Shown piece by piece: positions 35,100-45,184 of a stretch of 52,092 nt of DNA. Both the position numbers and the translations under genes were made by a program. Below the pieces are notes generated by a model, which saw only the letters and a program-made list of their open reading frames with translations, ran no database searches and was not told the DNA's origin. The stretch is from positions 1 to 52,092 of the forward strand of contig MHMH01000015.1 in assembly GCA_001819335.1 (NCBI GenBank). Direction: 5' to 3'. The stretch comes from Candidatus Nealsonbacteria bacterium RIFCSPLOWO2_01_FULL_43_32 (GTDB lineage Bacteria; Patescibacteriota; Minisyncoccia; Minisyncoccales; MHMH01). How positions within the stretch are numbered: the stretch's first letter is position 1; every line of letters begins with the position of its first letter.

Positions 35100-36095
35100 A
35101 TGAAGAAGATTTTTAAGAAAATTTTAATAATTCTTGCGGTTCTGGTTTTGATTTTTATTGGCTATTTTTCCACTGGTTCGGCGCCTCAAGCGCTGGAAAT
35201 CGCCTGGGGCGTTAATTTTTCTCAAAGGCATGCTGAATATTTAGGGCTTGATTGGCAAGAGACTTATTTGGCTTTCATTAACGACCTTGGGGTGAAAAGA
35301 ATAAAAATAGCCAGCCAGTGGGACCTGATTGAGCCGCTGGAGGGGGAATATCATTTCAGAGATTTAGATTGGCAGATTCAAAAAGCCCAGGACGCGGGGG
35401 TGGCAACTCTTTTGGTTATAGGAATAAAAACCGGCCGTTGGCCAGAGTGCCGTATTCCCGATTGGGCAAAATACTTGACGAAAGCAAATCAACAGGAAAA
35501 GATTCTAAGATTAATTGAAAATATTGTTCTAAGATACAAAGATTCAAGCTCCGTCAAATACTGGCAAGTAGAAAACGAACCGTTTTTCCCGTTCGGAGAT
35601 TGTCCCTGGCAAGATAAGAACTTCTTGAAAAAAGAAATCAATCTGGTAAAATCTTTAGACCCGACTCGTCCGGTCGTTATTTCCGACAGCGGCGAATTCT
35701 CTTTCTGGCTCACTGCCGCGAAACTTGGAGACGTAGTCAGCACCACTTTGCATCGCAAGGTTTGGTTCCAAGAGATCAAAACTTACATCACCTATCCCTT
35801 GAGACCAGTTTTTTATTGGAAGAAATCACAAATTATTAGGAGGTTTTTTGGCAAAGAAGTCATCGGCGGGGAGCTTCAGGCCGAACCTTGGTGTCCTCAA
35901 GGCATTAGCGATTGCGAGCTTTTTGAGCAGGCCAAAACCATGAATCCTCAACTCTTTAAAGAAAACATTGGATTCGCCCAAAAAACCGGCTTAAAAGAAT
36001 TTTACCTTTGGGGTAGCGAGTGGTGGTATTGGCTCAAAGAGAAGCAGAATAAGCCAGAAATTTGGAATGAAGCTAAAAAATTACTTACCCCGTAG
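35100..36095 (+). CDS. Membrane-anchored clan GH-A glycoside hydrolase-like protein
   Basis: N-terminal TM segment; W..IEP..G.Y.F..LD, WQVENEP (acid/base), GELQAEPW (nucleophile). Confidence 0.75.
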   Translation: MKKIFKKILIILAVLVLIFIGYFSTGSAPQALEIAWGVNFSQRHAEYLGLDWQETYLAFINDLGVKRIKIASQWDLIEPLEGEYHFRDLDWQIQKAQDAGVATLLVIGIKTGRWPECRIPDWAKYLTKANQQEKILRLIENIVLRYKDSSSVKYWQVENEPFFPFGDCPWQDKNFLKKEINLVKSLDPTRPVVISDSGEFSFWLTAAKLGDVVSTTLHRKVWFQEIKTYITYPLRPVFYWKKSQIIRRFFGKEVIGGELQAEPWCPQGISDCELFEQAKTMNPQLFKENIGFAQKTGLKEFYLWGSEWWYWLKEKQNKPEIWNEAKKLLTP

Positions 36096-36125
36096 TTAAA
36101 TTCAAAAAATTTATACTACCGGGGT
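36087..36125. repeat. ACCCCGTAG...CTACCGGGGT palindromic element supplying the GH stop codon
   Basis: Imperfect inverted repeat ACCCCGTAGT-TAAATT / AATTTA-TACTACCGGGGT. Confidence 0.6.
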
Positions 36126-36190
36126 TTAAATAAAATAAAATATGAAAAATCGTCCGAATTTTATGATAAATAAATTACAAATAAATGGGC

Positions 36191-36272
36191 TTGACAAGGG
36201 TACCAGCTTTGCTATACTTATAATAGTTAATCCCACCGCTCTCTCGGTTCGCCGGGACAGCGGTTTTTATTT
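36191..36272 (+). promoter_or_regulatory. Promoter followed by a terminator-like hairpin directly before the NYN gene
   Basis: TTGACA(36191)-16 bp-TATACT(36213) with extended TG; hairpin 36235-36264 with TTCG loop, then TTTTATTT-ATG. Confidence 0.65.
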
Positions 36273-36836
36273 ATGAATAAAATAGCCTTTGTTTTTATTG
36301 ATGGCGGCAATTTCTATTTCAAATTGAAAGAACTAGCTTCTGAATTGGACGGAAAGCACAGTTTGATTGATTTTAATTTTAGAGGATTTTCCGAATGGTT
36401 AGTTAAACCAAATGAATTATCGGAAGTTAGATATTATCTCGGGATAGTGAAAAGAGAACGAAATAATTCCAAAAGCGAGAAATTATACGCGGATCAGCAG
36501 AGACTTATTGGCAAACTTCAACAACAAAACATTAATATTACTTTCGGCCATGTTATTCGCCATCCCGATAAAACTCATCACGAAAAAGGCGTTGATGTGC
36601 GTTTGGCCGTTGAAATGATCAGATTTGCTAGGGAAAATAAATACGACATTGCTTATTTAGTTAGCTCCGACACAGATTTGGTGGCGGCGGTGGAGGAAGT
36701 TCAGGCTTTCGGTAAAAAAGTCCAATATGTAGGAATTTTTAAAGGCCAATCGTACGGTCTTTCAAGCGTTACTGACGATGTTAGATTATTAAGAGCAGAA
36801 GAGATGAGGCAATTCTTTTCCAATTCATTAATATAA
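36273..36836 (+). CDS. NYN domain (LabA/DUF88, PIN-like) protein
   Basis: FIDGGNF, EKGVDVRLAV, LVSSDTDL. Confidence 0.9.
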   Translation: MNKIAFVFIDGGNFYFKLKELASELDGKHSLIDFNFRGFSEWLVKPNELSEVRYYLGIVKRERNNSKSEKLYADQQRLIGKLQQQNINITFGHVIRHPDKTHHEKGVDVRLAVEMIRFARENKYDIAYLVSSDTDLVAAVEEVQAFGKKVQYVGIFKGQSYGLSSVTDDVRLLRAEEMRQFFSNSLI

Positions 36837-36850
36837 AACAATAAAACTTT

Positions 36851-37438
36851 ATGGGTTTTGATTTATTTACTCAAACTATTTTTCTCTTTGTCTTTTGTCT
36901 GGTCTTGGCTGCTTATGAGACGCAAATAGAGGGGGCTTTCGGCTGGGCGCAGAATCTGCCCACCTGGCGACCATCTCCCACCAATCTAATTGCGCGCCTT
37001 TACCGAAAGATTATGGGTGGCAGGGAAATGACTCTTTACCATGTCTTGGTTTTTACTTTAGTGGTTATTTTTATGCATTATCCTTATTTTGCTGGCAAAG
37101 CCTGGAGCTTTTCCTCGGAGTTAACTACGCTCTCTTTCTTTTTTCTGGTCGTAGTGATTTGGGATTTCTTGTGGTTCGTGGTTAATCCCAGGTATGATTT
37201 CGGACAGTTTTGGGGCCAGCATGTTTTGTGGCACAAAAAGTGGTTTTGGCACATGCCCACTGATTATTGGTTTGCCCTTATCGTCTCCGCCCTATTATAC
37301 GCGAGATTTTCTTTGAAATGGTTTCTGCTGAAAGAATGGCTGGAGATCGTTGGTTTGTCGCTTATTCTGACCCTGGCCGTCATCACCTTCTCTATAGCCA
37401 TCGGCATCTTTAAAGTAAAAGAAGAATTTAAACGATAA
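36851..37438 (+). CDS. Hypothetical membrane protein
   Basis: About 5 TM segments; E.QIEG..GWA.NLP and DFLWF..NP. Confidence 0.7.
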   Translation: MGFDLFTQTIFLFVFCLVLAAYETQIEGAFGWAQNLPTWRPSPTNLIARLYRKIMGGREMTLYHVLVFTLVVIFMHYPYFAGKAWSFSSELTTLSFFFLVVVIWDFLWFVVNPRYDFGQFWGQHVLWHKKWFWHMPTDYWFALIVSALLYARFSLKWFLLKEWLEIVGLSLILTLAVITFSIAIGIFKVKEEFKR

Positions 37439-37443
37439 CGGTC

Positions 37444-39003
37444 ATGAGGATTAGTCCTGAAAAATACTATCTTAACGTTGGCCGGGCGACGGATTTGAAA
37501 AATCCCAAAGCAAGAAGAATTTACCGTACTCTGGAGATTTTGCCCGGGGCTTTGGTTTGGGCGACCCTCATGGGCATGTTTCTTTTTTCATGGTTAAAAC
37601 CCATTTGGGTGGCTTATTTTATCATTGCCTTCAGCGTTTATTGGCTGTTGAGGACCCTCCATTTCTCCTTGCATATTATGGCCGCTTACCAGAAAATGAA
37701 AGCAAATCTGACGACCGATTGGCTTTTGAAATTAGACGAATTGACAGGGAAGCATCCGGATAAAGATTGGCGCAAAATATATCATTTGATCATTTTCCCC
37801 ATGTACCAAGAGAGCTTGGTGGTGATTGAAGGTTCGTTTGAGGCGTTGCTTAACGCTCGCTATCCCAAAGAGAAAACGATGGTGGTTTTGGCGATTGAAG
37901 AAAGGGCGGGCCAAGCCGCTCGAGAAACCGCTCAAGCCATTGCCAGGCAATATCAGGATAAATTTTTTCGATTTTTAATCACCGAGCATCCCAGGGATAT
38001 TGCTGGCGAAATCGCTGGCAAGGGCTCCAATGAAAGTTGGGCCGGGAAACAAGCTCAAAAGCTCGTTATCGACCCCTTGAAAATACCTCATGAAAACGTG
38101 ATTGTTTCTTCTTTTGATGTGGACGCTCAAGTTTACCCTCAATATTTTTCTTGCCTGACTTATTACTATTTGACCAGCGCTAACCCGACGCGGTCCAGCT
38201 TCCAGCCCATTCCCGTATATTTCAATAATTTTGCTGAAGCCCCCTTTTTTTCACGCATTGTTTCTTCGTGCAATTTTTTTTGGCAGCTCATGCAGCAACA
38301 GCGTCCGGAAAAAATCACCACCTATTCTTCTCATTCCATGAATCTTAAAACCCTGGTGGAGATGGATTTCTGGCAAACCAATGTGGTTTCAGAGGATGCG
38401 GGCGTTTTCTGGAAGGCCTTCTTATTTTATGACGGCGCTTATCAGATCATGCCCATCCATTATCCTTTGTCCATGGATGCGTGCGTGGGAGATACTGTCT
38501 GGAAGACGGTCATCAACCAATACAAGCAGCAGCGGAGATGGGCTTGGGGTTCAGAGGGCATCCCCTACCTATTATTCGGTTTTTTAAGAAATAACAAGAT
38601 ACCGTTTTATAAAAAATTTCGTTATGCGTTTTTAATGCTCGAATCTTTTTGGGCCTGGGGCACTAACGCCCTGCTCATTCTTTTCTTGGGCTGGCTGCCC
38701 CTTTTGCTGGGCGGCGGGGAATTTAATGCCACGGTTTTATCTTACAACCTGCCTCAGATTGTACGTAATTTAATGACTTTCGCCTTGGTCGGCGTTTTTG
38801 CGGCCATTATCATCAATACCTTATTGGTCAAGGCAAATTTTTCTTTAAGAGGCAAATGGCAGAATGTTTTCATCGTCGCCCAGTGGGTCTTTCTGCCGAT
38901 TTCTTTGATCGTTTTCGGAGCCGTTCCGGCAATTGAAGCCCAGACCAGGTTGATGCTGGGCCAATACATGGGTTTTTGGGTCACAGAGAAGGTCAGGAGA
39001 TAA
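37444..39003 (+). CDS. Family 2 processive glycosyltransferase (cellulose-synthase-like)
   Basis: GKGSN, FDVD (DxD), VSED, QQRRW (QxxRW); N- and C-terminal TM segments. Confidence 0.85.
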   Translation: MRISPEKYYLNVGRATDLKNPKARRIYRTLEILPGALVWATLMGMFLFSWLKPIWVAYFIIAFSVYWLLRTLHFSLHIMAAYQKMKANLTTDWLLKLDELTGKHPDKDWRKIYHLIIFPMYQESLVVIEGSFEALLNARYPKEKTMVVLAIEERAGQAARETAQAIARQYQDKFFRFLITEHPRDIAGEIAGKGSNESWAGKQAQKLVIDPLKIPHENVIVSSFDVDAQVYPQYFSCLTYYYLTSANPTRSSFQPIPVYFNNFAEAPFFSRIVSSCNFFWQLMQQQRPEKITTYSSHSMNLKTLVEMDFWQTNVVSEDAGVFWKAFLFYDGAYQIMPIHYPLSMDACVGDTVWKTVINQYKQQRRWAWGSEGIPYLLFGFLRNNKIPFYKKFRYAFLMLESFWAWGTNALLILFLGWLPLLLGGGEFNATVLSYNLPQIVRNLMTFALVGVFAAIIINTLLVKANFSLRGKWQNVFIVAQWVFLPISLIVFGAVPAIEAQTRLMLGQYMGFWVTEKVRR

Positions 39004-39050
39004 GCCCCTTTTATTTTGACGAGATTTCCTTTATAATAGAATATGCAATT

Positions 39051-40217
39051 ATGGCAAAAATCTACTTAGATTACGCGGCCACCACTCCCCTTAATCCCAA
39101 CGTCTTTAAGGCGATGCTGCCTTATTTGAAGCAAGACTTTGGCAATACTTCTTCCATCCACAGCCTGGGACAGCAAGCTTTGGGCGCAATTGACGAAGCT
39201 CGCGCCGTGCTGGCTGATTTTTTAGGATGCGATGCTCAAGAAATTATTTTTACCGGTTCGGCCACCGAGGCCAATAATCTGGCGGTTTTGGGAACGGTCC
39301 AAGCCGTCAAAAACAAGCAACCCCACGTCATTACGACGCCAATTGAGCATCATGCTGTTTTGGAGCCTTGTCGTGAGCTGGAAAAGCAGGGTGTTGAGGT
39401 GAGCTATCTGCCAGTTGATAAAGAAGGATTGGTAACCCTAGCCGATGTTAAAAAAGCTCTTAAGCCGAACACGGTTTTGGTTTCAATCATGTACGCCAAT
39501 AATGAAGTCGGCGCTATCCAGCCGATTCAAGAGATTGGTCAGCTCATCAAGAAAACAAGTCCCAAAATTTTGTTTCATACCGATGCTGTTCAGGCTGTCA
39601 ATTATCTGGACTGCAACGTGGAAAAACTTGGCGTTGATCTTTTGACTTTAAGCGCGCATAAAATTTACGGGCCCAAGGGCGTAGGTGCGCTTTTCGTGAA
39701 AAATGGCATATTGATAAAACCGTTGATTTATGGCGGCGGCCAGGAAGCAGGGTTGAGGTCGGGGACAGAAAATGTGGCCGGCATTGTCGGCTTGGCCTCT
39801 GCCATCAAAGAAATTCAAAACCCCAAACACAAAATCCAAAATATCAGAACCAGACAGTTCAGGGACAAACTGATTAAAAACATCTTAAAAATTATTCCCG
39901 ATGCCCATCTTAACGGTTCACTGGTTCACCGTCTGCCCAATAATGTTAATATCAGTTTTCGCGGAGTAGAAGGCGAAGCCATTGTCATTGCCTTAGACCA
40001 AAAAGGCATTGCTGCTTCTACGGGCTCGGCTTGTTCGTCAAAAAGCCTGGAACCTTCGCATGTTCTTTTAGCTATGGGGTTTTCCGAAGAAGAAGCCCAT
40101 GGTTCCTTAAGAATCACCTTGGGCCGGCCCACTACTCCGAAAGACCTGGAAAGATTATTGAAAGTTTTGCCGCCTATTATTCAAAAATTAAGACAAATTT
40201 CCGGCTACCAACTATGA
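39051..40217 (+). CDS. iscS: Cysteine desulfurase
   Basis: YLDYAATTP, HTDAVQ, SAHKIYGPKG, RSGTEN, STGSACSS; start moved to 39051. Confidence 0.95.
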   Translation: MAKIYLDYAATTPLNPNVFKAMLPYLKQDFGNTSSIHSLGQQALGAIDEARAVLADFLGCDAQEIIFTGSATEANNLAVLGTVQAVKNKQPHVITTPIEHHAVLEPCRELEKQGVEVSYLPVDKEGLVTLADVKKALKPNTVLVSIMYANNEVGAIQPIQEIGQLIKKTSPKILFHTDAVQAVNYLDCNVEKLGVDLLTLSAHKIYGPKGVGALFVKNGILIKPLIYGGGQEAGLRSGTENVAGIVGLASAIKEIQNPKHKIQNIRTRQFRDKLIKNILKIIPDAHLNGSLVHRLPNNVNISFRGVEGEAIVIALDQKGIAASTGSACSSKSLEPSHVLLAMGFSEEEAHGSLRITLGRPTTPKDLERLLKVLPPIIQKLRQISGYQL

Positions 40218-40606
40218 AGCCATATTATTCCAAACAAGTCATTGAACACTTTCTCCACCCTAAAAATTTAGGCAAGCTCAAAGATGCCGATGGGGTGGGC
40301 AAGGTGGGAAACCCCGCTTGCGGGGATGTGATGGAGCTTTTTATAAAAGTTGAAAAGAAAAACAGTAAAGAGATTATCAAAGACATAAAATTTTACACTT
40401 TAGGTTGTGCCGCTGCCATAGCTACCTCCGATATGGCTTGCGAATTGGTTAAGGGGAAAACCATCCAAGAGGCCCTGGAAATAAATTATCAGGATATTGT
40501 TGGTGAGTTAGGTGATTTGCCTCCAATAAAAATCCATTGCAGTGTTTTGGCCCGGGAAGGGCTGAAAGCCGCCGTCGAAGATTACAGAAAAAAATCCAAA
40601 AAATAG
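40214..40606 (+). CDS. iscU: Fe-S cluster scaffold IscU/NifU-N
   Basis: GNPACGD, GCAAAIA, LPPIKIHCS; start at ATG 40214. Confidence 0.94.
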   Translation: MKPYYSKQVIEHFLHPKNLGKLKDADGVGKVGNPACGDVMELFIKVEKKNSKEIIKDIKFYTLGCAAAIATSDMACELVKGKTIQEALEINYQDIVGELGDLPPIKIHCSVLAREGLKAAVEDYRKKSKK

Positions 40607-40607
40607 C

Positions 40608-41900
40608 ATGTCCATTTACGATTTGTCGCCATTCCATCCGCCCAAGATTAAATGGCCGAAAATAAATGGTAGGGGCCTGGTTTTGACTGTTTTGATTTCC
40701 GCTATCTTCGGATTTTCCGCCGGTTTGGTCGCCGCCAGTTTTTTTTATTTGGAAATAAAGAATTTTCTTTTAGAGGCGCCCGGTTTCCAGGGTATCAGCG
40801 ACAAAGTCGCTGAGAAAGAGTACGTGCCTCAAACGAGCCAGGAACAGGCGATTATTGACGTGGTGCAAGAAACTTCTCCGGCCGTGGTCAGCATTGTCAT
40901 TACCAAAGATATGCCCGTGTTGGAGCAGTATTATATCAGTCCGTTTGAAGAATTTTTTAATATTCCGCAGTATCGCCAAAAAGGCACCCAAAAACAGGAG
41001 ATCGGCGGGGGCAGCGGCTTTATTGTTTCTGAAGACGGCATGGTTTTAACCAATAAGCATGTGGCTTTGGACGAAGGGGCGGATTACACCGTTCTAACCA
41101 ACGACGGCAAAAAATTCCCGGCCCGGGTTTTAGCCAGAGACCCCTTGCAGGACTTGGCCATTCTGAAAATTGAGACGGAAAAAAAGATTGACGGCAACGG
41201 CGGTTTGGTTGAAACCAAGTTCCCGGTCGTGAAAATGGGCGATTCTGATAAACTGCAAAGCGGCCAGACGGTCATAGCCATTGGCAATGCTTTGGGAGAG
41301 TTCAGAAATACGGTTTCGGTCGGCGTGATTTCGGGCTTGGGCCGCACGATTACCGCTTCGGGCGGAGGACTAGTGGAAACGATTGAAGACGTTATTCAGA
41401 CGGATGCCGCTATTAATAAAGGGAATTCGGGCGGTCCGCTGCTCAATCTAAGGGGCGAGGTGATGGGTATTAATACGGCTACGGTCCTTGAGGCGCAAAG
41501 CATTGGTTTTGCCATCCCGGTCAACAAAGCCAAAAAAGACATTGAGCAGATTATAAGCTTCGGCAAAATAGTTTATGCTTATTTGGGTGTTTACTACGCC
41601 ATTATTAATGAAGATTTGCAGCTCAAATACGATTTGCCGGTTGATTACGGTGCTTGGGTAGGCCGAGACGCAGCCGGCGCTCAAACCCCAACCGCTGTCA
41701 TTAAGAACAGTGCGGCTGAAAAAGCTGGTCTTAAGCAAGACGATATTATTTTGGAATTCAACAGCGAGAAAATTACCACCGACAATTCCTTGGCCAAAAT
41801 GATTCAGAAGCGCAATCCGGGTGACGAGATAATTTTGAAAGTCCTGCGGGACAAAACTGAAATGACTCTTGAAGCCACCCTGGGCGAACGCGAAGAGTAA
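40608..41900 (+). CDS. htrA: HtrA/DegP serine protease with one PDZ domain
   Basis: GSGF, TNKHV, DLAILK, DAAINKGNSGGPL, C-terminal PDZ. Confidence 0.94.
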   Translation: MSIYDLSPFHPPKIKWPKINGRGLVLTVLISAIFGFSAGLVAASFFYLEIKNFLLEAPGFQGISDKVAEKEYVPQTSQEQAIIDVVQETSPAVVSIVITKDMPVLEQYYISPFEEFFNIPQYRQKGTQKQEIGGGSGFIVSEDGMVLTNKHVALDEGADYTVLTNDGKKFPARVLARDPLQDLAILKIETEKKIDGNGGLVETKFPVVKMGDSDKLQSGQTVIAIGNALGEFRNTVSVGVISGLGRTITASGGGLVETIEDVIQTDAAINKGNSGGPLLNLRGEVMGINTATVLEAQSIGFAIPVNKAKKDIEQIISFGKIVYAYLGVYYAIINEDLQLKYDLPVDYGAWVGRDAAGAQTPTAVIKNSAAEKAGLKQDDIILEFNSEKITTDNSLAKMIQKRNPGDEIILKVLRDKTEMTLEATLGEREE

Positions 41901-41946
41901 GTGACTCCCGAAGTTACTTAAAAACTATGAATAGGAAAGAGGGAAG

Positions 41947-42375
41947 ATGATTTACTTAGTGGCTGTGCCGGGAGGAAAGGGCTGTCTTTATCCTAAACCA
42001 GGCGCTGAAGGCCAAGATGTTATCTTAGAATTTGACCCGAAAAGGCCGGGAAGCCTTCAAGAGGAAATTTACCACATTAAACTGGGCCATCACCGGGAAT
42101 TGGGCAAAGGAATTTCTCGTAAAAGAAAATGGGAGATGGAGCAAGAAGTCACCGAACTGAAAATAACCATTGGCGCAGTGAATATCAACCAGGCTATTAT
42201 GTGTTTATATAATGTTCGTCAGGACATAATTGCCTCGGCTGATGAAGGCAGGCAGATAGATGTGGAAGACAGGAGGTGGTTTTCTTGGCCTTCTTTTTTA
42301 AGTCAGGTTGAAGAAATGACCGGCGTTTCCCAAGATTATATTCAGGATTATCTTGCTAAGGAATCCAATCAATAA
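41947..42375 (+). CDS. Hypothetical protein
   Basis: 142-aa ORF with purine-rich SD-like upstream sequence and a downstream terminator. Confidence 0.6.
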   Translation: MIYLVAVPGGKGCLYPKPGAEGQDVILEFDPKRPGSLQEEIYHIKLGHHRELGKGISRKRKWEMEQEVTELKITIGAVNINQAIMCLYNVRQDIIASADEGRQIDVEDRRWFSWPSFLSQVEEMTGVSQDYIQDYLAKESNQ

Positions 42376-42412
42376 GCGGTGCGAGCCAAAATATTCGCGC
42401 CGCTTTTATTTT
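42374..42412 (+). terminator. Intrinsic terminator
   Basis: AAGCGGTGCGA...TCGCGCCGCTT followed by TTATTTTT. Confidence 0.75.
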
Positions 42413-42475
42413 TGTTTTCTTGATTTTTCTTGAGATTTATGATAAAAAAGAATGTAGTATAATGGTATATATACG

Positions 42476-45184
42476 ATGAACGGCGCAGGCAATTTTACCC
42501 ACAAAGCCCAGGAGGCGATTATGGAAGCCCAAGACACGGCCCGCCAGGCCGGCCAGCAGCAAATTGACGCTTTGCACTTGCTTTTCGCTTTAATTTCGCA
42601 AGAAGGCAGCGTGGTTTTGACTTTGCTTCAGAAAATCGGCGTTGATATTGAGAACTTGAAAAAGAGGGCCAAAAGCGCTCTGGAAAAAATTCCGGTCATC
42701 GCCACACCCCAGACCTTAGGCCAATTTTACTTAACCCAGGATATGGCCAAGGTTTTGGACAGAGCGCGTCAGGAATCAATGAAAATGGGCGATGAGTTTA
42801 TTTCCGTTGAGCATTTGTTTTTAGCTCTGCTTGATACCGAAAGCAAGGCCAAAGAAATTTTAGACAAAGCCAGCTTTCTGCAATCGGGCGAGGCAGCCAC
42901 CCTGGAGTTCGGCAAGTTAAGCTATGCCGAGGCGCTGAAAATCTTGGCTCAAATCAGGGGCGGCACGCGCATCACCGACCCTGAACCGGAATCCAAATAC
43001 CAGGTGATTGAAAAATACGCCCGCAATCTGACTCAGCTGGCCCGGGAAGGCAAGCTTGACCCGGTTATCGGTCGAGAAAACGAAATCCGCAGGTTGATGC
43101 AGGTTTTGTCCAGAAGAACCAAGAATAACCCGGTGCTCATCGGCGAAGCCGGGGTCGGGAAAACCGCTATCGTCGAGGGCTTGGCCCAGCGCATTATCAG
43201 AAAGGATGTGCCCGAAAGCTTGAAAGAAAAAGAAATTATTGCCTTGGATTTGGGCGCGATTATTGCCGGCACCAGATACCGGGGCGAATTTGAAGATAGA
43301 ATCAAGGCTTTGTTAAAAGAGGTGAACAGGGCGCAGGGCCGATACATTTTATTTATTGACGAACTTCATACCCTGGTGGGCGCGGGTGCGGCCGAAGGCG
43401 CCATTGACGCCTCCAATCTTTTAAAGCCGGCTTTAGCCCGGGGCGAGTTAAAAGCTATTGGCGCTACCACTTTGAAAGAGTATCAAAAATACATGGAAAG
43501 AGACCCGGCCCTGGAAAGAAGGTTCCAGCCGATTTACGTGGCTGAACCCTCCATTGAAGATACGCTGGCTGTTTTAAGAGGCATTAAAGAAAAATACGAA
43601 GTCCATCACGGCGTCAAAATCAAAGACGCGGCTTTGGTGGCCGCCGCCGAATTGGCTGACCGCTATATCAGCGACCGATTTTTGCCAGACAAGGCCGTTG
43701 ACTTGATGGACGAAGCCGCTTCAGCTTTGAGGCTGGAAATTGAATCAGAGCCTTCGGACCTGGACGAGTTGAAGCAGGAAATTCAAAAGCTGGAGATTGA
43801 GAAACAATCTCTGAAAAACGAAAAAACCCCTGTTGCTGCTAAAAAAACAGCGGTCATCAACCGCTCTCTGGCTGATTTGAAAGAAAAAGCTCAAAACATT
43901 GAATTGAAATGGCAGACTGAAAAAGATTTGATTCAGGCTGTCCGAACCATGAGAAAAGAAATAGACGACTTGACTTTTCAAACCGAAGTGGCCCAGCGTG
44001 AGGGCGATTTGCAGAAGGTAGCCGAGATTAAATACGGGAAAATTCCCGAACTTTTAAAAGAAATCCAGAAAAAAGAAAAGGCCCTGGTCCGTTTCCAGCA
44101 AAAACACCGCATCATTAAAGAGGAAGTGGGCGAGGAAGAGGTGGCCCAGGTAGTTTCCCGCTGGACCGGCATTCCGGTCACCAGATTAATTGAAGAAGAA
44201 GCCAAAAAATTGGAAAGAATGGAAGATATTATCGCTAAGCAGGTGGTCGGCCAGGAAGAAGCCATTTCCGCTGTTTCTCGGGCTATTCGGCGCTCTCGAG
44301 CCGGCATTGCCGAAGAACAAAGGCCTATGGGTTCTTTTATGTTCTTGGGGCCCACGGGCGTGGGCAAAACCGAAACAGCTCGGGCCCTGGCTGGATTTTT
44401 ATTTAACGACGAATCGGCTTTGGTCAGGCTGGATATGTCAGAATATATGGAAAGACACACGGTCAGTAAAATGATCGGCAGCCCGCCCGGCTACGTGGGC
44501 TATGAAGAAGGCGGCCAGTTAACTGAAAAAATCCGCCGCCGGCCTTATGCCGTTATTTTATTGGACGAAATTGAGAAAGCCCATCCCGAAGTTTTTAATA
44601 TTCTTTTGCAGATTTTGGAGGACGGTCGTTTGACCGATGCCAAGGGCCGGACCGCTTCTTTTAAAAACACTATTTTAATCATGACTTCCAATGTCGGTTC
44701 CGAGCACATTGCTAAAATGGGTTCTTTGGGCTTTTTGGGCGACAACGTCGAAGCCACCAAGGCGGATTTGAAAGAGAAAGTTATGGAAGCTTTGAGAGAA
44801 AATTTCCGGCCGGAGTTTTTAAACAGAATTGACGAAATTGTCATTTTCAATTATCTGGGCAAGCCAGAGATTAAAAGAATCGTTGAACTGGAGCTGGAAA
44901 AAGTGATTCGAAGATTGGCCGATAAAAAAATTGAAATTAAAACAACCGGAAGCGCCAAAGATCTTTTGGCCGAGCAGGGTTTTGACGCCAATTTGGGCGC
45001 TCGACCCTTAAAAAGAGTGATTCAAAAATTGGTGCTTGACCCCCTGGCTTTAAAAATCGTGGCCGGAAATATTAAAGAAAAAGATGAGGTTGTCATTGAC
45101 GCCGAAAAAGACCAGATTGTTTTTAGAATGCCCAGTGATTTAGTGCACAAAGTTCCATGGCCAAAAATATCCTCAAAATCTTGA
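42476..45184 (+). CDS. clpB: ATP-dependent chaperone ClpB
   Basis: Two AAA+ modules ([16 protein letters not shown]), long coiled-coil M domain, GARPLKR. Confidence 0.94.
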   Translation: MNGAGNFTHKAQEAIMEAQDTARQAGQQQIDALHLLFALISQEGSVVLTLLQKIGVDIENLKKRAKSALEKIPVIATPQTLGQFYLTQDMAKVLDRARQESMKMGDEFISVEHLFLALLDTESKAKEILDKASFLQSGEAATLEFGKLSYAEALKILAQIRGGTRITDPEPESKYQVIEKYARNLTQLAREGKLDPVIGRENEIRRLMQVLSRRTKNNPVLIGEAGVGKTAIVEGLAQRIIRKDVPESLKEKEIIALDLGAIIAGTRYRGEFEDRIKALLKEVNRAQGRYILFIDELHTLVGAGAAEGAIDASNLLKPALARGELKAIGATTLKEYQKYMERDPALERRFQPIYVAEPSIEDTLAVLRGIKEKYEVHHGVKIKDAALVAAAELADRYISDRFLPDKAVDLMDEAASALRLEIESEPSDLDELKQEIQKLEIEKQSLKNEKTPVAAKKTAVINRSLADLKEKAQNIELKWQTEKDLIQAVRTMRKEIDDLTFQTEVAQREGDLQKVAEIKYGKIPELLKEIQKKEKALVRFQQKHRIIKEEVGEEEVAQVVSRWTGIPVTRLIEEEAKKLERMEDIIAKQVVGQEEAISAVSRAIRRSRAGIAEEQRPMGSFMFLGPTGVGKTETARALAGFLFNDESALVRLDMSEYMERHTVSKMIGSPPGYVGYEEGGQLTEKIRRRPYAVILLDEIEKAHPEVFNILLQILEDGRLTDAKGRTASFKNTILIMTSNVGSEHIAKMGSLGFLGDNVEATKADLKEKVMEALRENFRPEFLNRIDEIVIFNYLGKPEIKRIVELELEKVIRRLADKKIEIKTTGSAKDLLAEQGFDANLGARPLKRVIQKLVLDPLALKIVAGNIKEKDEVVIDAEKDQIVFRMPSDLVHKVPWPKISSKS

